Origin: Rhodosorus marinus CCMP1338
Lineage: Eukaryota > Plantae > Rhodophyta
Assembly (NCBI GenBank): GCA_029953675.1
Contig: JAMWBK010000002.1
Span: 1,178,001-1,242,000, forward strand
Reading direction: 5' to 3'
Length of the DNA: 64,000 bases
Shown here: positions 59,393 through 64,000 of the stretch, in pieces
Layout of the letters: each line of letters begins with the position of its first letter
How positions within the stretch are numbered: position 1 is the stretch's first letter
Notes under the pieces: model-generated
What the model was told of the DNA's origin: nothing
Seen by the model: the letters and a program-made list of their open reading frames with translations, nothing else
The model's database searches: none
Position numbers and translations under genes: made by a program

Positions 59393-62138
59393 TTACTGTA
59401 TAAAACCTCTCCACCTTCGCAACCGTGTTTTCTCGAAGTCTGGGAAGGGTCCTTCATGATCCCTATGACCATGCTGCAGTCTAGTGTGCTGAATTCTTTT
59501 CTCGGTGGAGATGTAGCGTGTCTTGTAATTATTGCGCCATCTCGTTCCAAAGTACTTTGCAACACCGTAGACTGCCTCGTATGGCAGTAGCGGTGGTCTT
59601 TTGTAGATGCGTATGTTCTTCGGCCTTACCACCCGAATTTTTATTTCCCCGTTAAGCGTGAAACTCATCTGCGGGAGAAACAAGAAGAACGTGAGCTTGT
59701 CAAGATTCGATGGCGTGCATCAACACTAATTGGGAAGCTGATGTATGGAGTTTTCCCTAGCATACCCAGCCAAGCCCCGCGATCCCAACATCACACACAG
59801 CCTCACGCCATGTATCTCCTTTTATCACCACCTCGTCCTCGTCCCATTCCCATCGTTTGTCGAAATCCTCATCAAAATCCGTCGGCGGGTACAGGAACTG
59901 GGTGCCAGCCTTCTCGTATATGTAGTCTTCGACACCTTCCGTCTTCCGATAGTGAACCTATGATGAAGAGTAACAGCCGTCCCTCAGTATCACACGTCTA
60001 CAAAAGAGAAAGAATCCAGACGTACCTTCACCCCGTTCGAGCAGAACCAGTTGGCAAGCACGGCAGGGCCTTCGAGAAAGTCGATTCGCCCGAGTGCACC
60101 AAAGAGCAGGCTTTTCCCCTCCTCGAACCGGAAACCACAAGTTAGCAGCCTCTTCCGCGGAGTCGCATGTCTAAAGGTCAAATCATGAGCCCAAGGTGAG
60201 CGCAAGAAGCCAAAGTAGGTACCAAGCAAACGGGCCAACCAGCCGGCCACGGCTTATTTCACTAGTTCACAAATTCGCGCTGCTAATTCATACCTGATCT
60301 CTTCCAAGTCCAGAATGCTGTTGATGTTGTCCGGAAGCGTAACCCCTGGCATCTCCCACAAGGTGAGCCCATCCCCCGTCGCAACTGGAACAGGGGTTAA
60401 AGTCGTATGGGGTACTAGTCCCTCTGTTAACAAGTTCCTCCACCCTATAGGACACGAACATACCTCGGTTAACGGTTTTCGCGATGTCGACATCTCACCC
60501 AAAAACATAGTTGACAAGACTCAAGCTTACTCGGTTTCGGCAGTTTCGACCTGCCCCAACCCCACCAAAGCAGCGAGTTGATAAAGCAGCTCTTCCCGGC
60601 ATTCGTTGAACCGACAACATATACGTCACAGTCACCTTTTTTGGCGAGGCCATAGGCCTGATCTAGCATCTCCTTAGTGCCAAATCCTAACGTGATGAGA
60701 AGAACCAGGCATTTTCTTTTTGAGTGGAAGACGAAAACCAGGTGTTTCCTCCAGACCGATAGTTTGGGACGCATGTTTTCAAAATCTTCTGTCGAGCGTA
60801 CCTTTCTCGTTGTTCAAGACATGCACGTCAAATATCTTATTCAGTCCATGACCGGCGAGTTCTTTCCTCGTCCACTCAATGATGCGATTAGCCGAGAAAC
60901 CCTTGGGGAGAAGGTCACATTTGCTCAAGCCCAATATGACTGGGTTATGCGTGCCGATGAGCTCGTTCATATCTAAAAGGCTTCCGCTGAAGTCAGTGAC
61001 ATCTACTATATACAGTACGACTGCGCGTTCAGTCTTGAGCCTTGCCAGCGCTTCCACTGAGTAGTTCATTTTTAACTCTGCGACTGCCGCCCTGTCTTGC
61101 TCCTTCCCACCAAACGGAGTGAGGTATTCATCACAACGTCCATGGTTGAGAATAGTCTTACACCTGAAAACCGAGTATCGCAACGGAAGAACGTAAGAAT
61201 AACCGGTGAAGACAGAGCCAAGACGTCGTAGAAGTGCGAGACTTGTGTACGGACCTCTGGCAGTGAAAGGGATCCCTCAACTGCTTCTCGAATTTCGGCA
61301 TAGAGTCCAGCGGCTGGTCAATGTATCCGATTTGGAGATTATTTTCGTTTTGAAACTTGGCACCGCAGCCAGGACAGTGTACAAGATCAAGTCTTGGACC
61401 TGCTCGTCGCCAATATCTCCAGTCGATGTTCTTCGTGTCAGGAAAATGATAATAGCCATTTATGTATGGTGGAGGACCCGCCTTTCCTAGTCCAAGCTCA
61501 TGCAGATTATGGCGTTTGATTAAATCCTCTCTGGAGCGTTCTGCAACGTCGTCCTCAGCTTCTTCCTCCGTATCGTCATCATCTGCCGCCGCCATAGCCT
61601 TTACACGGTCCAGTTCTGCAATCTCAGCTGTGCTTCGATACATTGAGGTGGTACCTCCACGAATGATGTGGTTGGACAGCTCTTCTGCTTCAGCGAGCTG
61701 GATATCAAACCCTTCTTTGAACGTAGTCATCGCGTTGTAATTTTCATCCAAAACAGGTCTTAATGCGCTGATCTCGTTTATTGTGACGAGCGAGGGGAAA
61801 TCTGCATTGAATTTCGCTAGCTCTGCCTCCCTCTCAGCAACAGATTTTTCTTCGACGGCGACTACGGCGTTTTCATCGGCTCGGATCACATCGCCGGGTT
61901 TACCCGATACCGGCTTCGCTTTTTCAGACTTCAAGCTGCCTCCGGTCGACTTCCTAGTCTTCATCAGTTTCCTAATTTTTTTCGGTAACGATCTGGTACT
62001 GGCCAAGTTCCTCGCTTGTCTGTCCGCAGAAAACCAAGCGATAGACGCGGTCGGGCTGGCCAATGCCTTAACTCCTGAAAAAAGAAGAAACGCAGGTATT
62101 CTTCCCTGCCGCAGTGCAGCCACCCCTGACCAGCTCAT
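59393..62138 (-). CDS. NOA1: NOA1/YqeH-family circularly permuted GTPase (organellar ribosome biogenesis)
   Basis: Transit-like N-terminus; zinc knuckle CPGCG...CQRC; IVDVTDFSGS; G4-like LSKCDLLPK; G1 VVGSTNAGKSCFINSL; VPHTTL; G3 position WEMPG; multi-exon. Confidence 0.85.
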
Positions 62139-62412
62139 CTTTCAACCCTGTTCTGATACTACTTTCAGCAAACAGAGAACTCCCTCCCTTATCCACATCT
62201 TGTCGCTGAAAACTGTTCAAGGTCAAGAATAGCAAGAATCGGACCACATATGCGGTCGTTCAAACACATCCACCATTCGTCCTTGCTGATATTCTATCCC
62301 TTAACGTCTTTCTCACATAACTTAACATTCTTTTCTGTTCTGCTAAAATGCGATGCTCAACTTTGCAACCTCATCCCCGTCGTTGACTCCATCCACGAAA
62401 CAATCTAGCGAA

Positions 62413-62483
62413 TGGTTTTTGTGCAAGTGGGATTCGAACTCGCGACCTTTAGCAGGAAGCCAATATTTCGCTACCCCCCCCCC
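62413..62483 (-). pseudogene. tRNA-derived fragment or SINE-head-like sequence
   Basis: Minus strand reads ggggtagcgaaatattggc...aggtcgcgagttcgaatcccacttgcacaaaaacca: A-box-like TAGCGAAAT..TGG and B-box GTTCGAATC, but the anticodon arm is missing and the T-stem is mispaired. Confidence 0.45.
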
Positions 62484-62930
62484 TTCCAAAACTGTCTGCA
62501 GAAATTAACGACGACCGCAATTAACGAAATTAGCACCCGGTTCGTAGTTTTCCATCCAAAAACAACACAATGTTTGAACAGAGGAGTAATTACATGAAAT
62601 TTGTGTATTACAGCACTATTTGCGCTGAGTGGATTGTCGATTGGGATTTAGTCTGAAGTCATCGTATGTAATTACATGGTGATACTTCACGGTGAAATTA
62701 GCCGGGTGGGTTTGAAAACCTCAGCGACGTTGTTATTTATGCTTTTTGACGCTGATTGCGTGTGTCATAGTCGTTTTGGGGTTGCGGAAGGGGCCCACTC
62801 TCACGGTCATGTGGCTTGGGCTAGAAGACGGGCTTATTTATTACCGCGCTTTTTTTTTTTAATTTTCTGTAGCCCCGCAGCTTTACTCCGTCCAAGTGCG
62901 GCTTAAGGGGCTCTTTGCCTGCTTCCGGAA

Positions 62931-63467
62931 ATGTCTCGAGATGAGAGGTCTTACGATGGACGAGCAGATGACAACGGGCGGGCGGTTTCAAGGGTGAAGA
63001 GGTCCTATGCTTGGAACTTCTTTCGGCAGGGAGAAAAGCGTGGCCTGTTCTGGGAAGCATTCTGCAATGCGTGCGAGAAAGAGGGGATCGAAGGGACTCC
63101 AGTGACGGGTCGCCCTGAGACCATGATCAATCATTTGAAAAATTGTCCCCATGTTAGTGAGGAAACCAAGCAGACGTTGACCCCCAACAGCCTACGTCTA
63201 TACAAGCGGAAACCGGAGGATTTGGCTCGGGAGATGAGAGGTGAGGGAATGGACGCGGGAGGCGACATGACTGCACCCTTCAAGAAACAAATATACAGTA
63301 AGAGCATGGAGGAAATGGAGCATGAGCGTGAAATGCTTCGGATGAAACAAGAGCATGAGATACGAATGCAGCGCGAGAAAGCCGAGGCAGAGCTCAGAAT
63401 GGAAGAGGCTCGCAAGGAATGGGTGATTTCCCTCGTTGAATCGCTGAACAAACGTGATCGAGAGTAG
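62931..63467 (+). CDS. Intronless BED-type zinc-finger protein with a C-terminal coiled coil (178 aa)
   Basis: KRSYAWNFF...AFCNAC...GRPETMINHLKNC (W-x2-F, Cx2C, H-x3-C), followed by an E/R/M-rich helix EEMEHEREMLRMKQEHEIRMQREKAEAE. No transposase catalytic domain. Confidence 0.75.
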   Translation: MSRDERSYDGRADDNGRAVSRVKRSYAWNFFRQGEKRGLFWEAFCNACEKEGIEGTPVTGRPETMINHLKNCPHVSEETKQTLTPNSLRLYKRKPEDLAREMRGEGMDAGGDMTAPFKKQIYSKSMEEMEHEREMLRMKQEHEIRMQREKAEAELRMEEARKEWVISLVESLNKRDRE

Positions 63468-64000
63468 CTGCGTGATGACAGTTAATCGAGTGGCTTTCGC
63501 ACCACATCCCGACGTTGATAAGCGACAACTCATCCATCCCACGTAGCCTCTGACATAGCCCTCGAGCTGCGGAGATGGTCGGGTGGACCCTTGGAAACTA
63601 AATATTATAAAGCTCCGCATATGCCTTCAATACCAACCCAGCCCCTGTCTCCCACAATTGGTTAGAATGAGTCTTGTATCGCAGAAACGTGAGGGAGCCT
63701 ATCTTGAAAGCGCGCACTCCGCCTTCCTCAGCCTTCCACACAATGAGCCCCGAGCAGAGGCAGGGTCCTCCCCTGTCGGAACTGGGCTTGGCCGCTCCTC
63801 GTCTGTCCGTCCCTACGCGCCAAGCGGAATTAGAAAAACGGACTCCGAAGCAAGCAAACCTTCGCGCCGACCACAACACCTCAAAACCTCAACCGGCGAG
63901 AAAACAAAGGTTTTTAGCCTGCTCTTTCCATATACAGAAGGGTACGAAAAAATGAAAGCTCAAAGGCACACACACTTCGGCCGTCCAGTCCGACACCTCC

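Noticed and set aside
63598-63955. Overlapping ORFs at the window end
   Set aside because: No motifs; the minus-strand one starts with GTG and could be a terminal exon of a gene outside the window, which cannot be assessed here.

Overview
Eukaryotic nuclear DNA, gene-dense, with many short GT-AG introns (mostly about 50-150 nt). It is most likely from a red alga. This is an inference from Phe-near-N-terminus plastid transit peptides, the presence of Rheb, and an expanded C2H2 family with a novel N-terminal domain. The ORF track fragments most genes, so I rebuilt about 21 intron-containing or intronless genes by hand: GDP-mannose pyrophosphorylase, ALG13, two paralogous 379-aa C2H2 proteins, a tetraspanin, La, a plastid DnaJ-type zinc-finger protein, a CDP-alcohol phosphotransferase-cytidylyltransferase fusion, a PELP1/Rix1-like protein, MOB1, allantoinase, a novel thylakoid-type protein, NDC1, Rheb, V-ATPase c'', DHX37, a P4H-like 2OG-Fe(II) oxygenase, HPPK-DHPS, a NOA1/YqeH GTPase, a stand-alone BED-finger protein and one hypothetical gene. 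Non-genic parts hold a degenerate repeat/TE graveyard (1-5 kb), Copia and probable Gypsy and REL-type retroelement relics, a thioredoxin-like relic and a tRNA-like fragment. The most notable observations are: (1) a single spliced ORF fusing the last two Kennedy-pathway enzymes; (2) an inverted-repeat-flanked, A-B-A-B higher-order array of about 131-bp units, each carrying a conserved dyad; (3) the intronless C2H2 pair sharing an unrecognised ~250-aa domain with a CxxC-x6-CxC motif; (4) an operon-like ATGA stop/start overlap between two nuclear genes; (5) strand-specific G-rich leaders, some with G-quadruplex motifs. No database searches were possible, so all family calls come from motif recognition.
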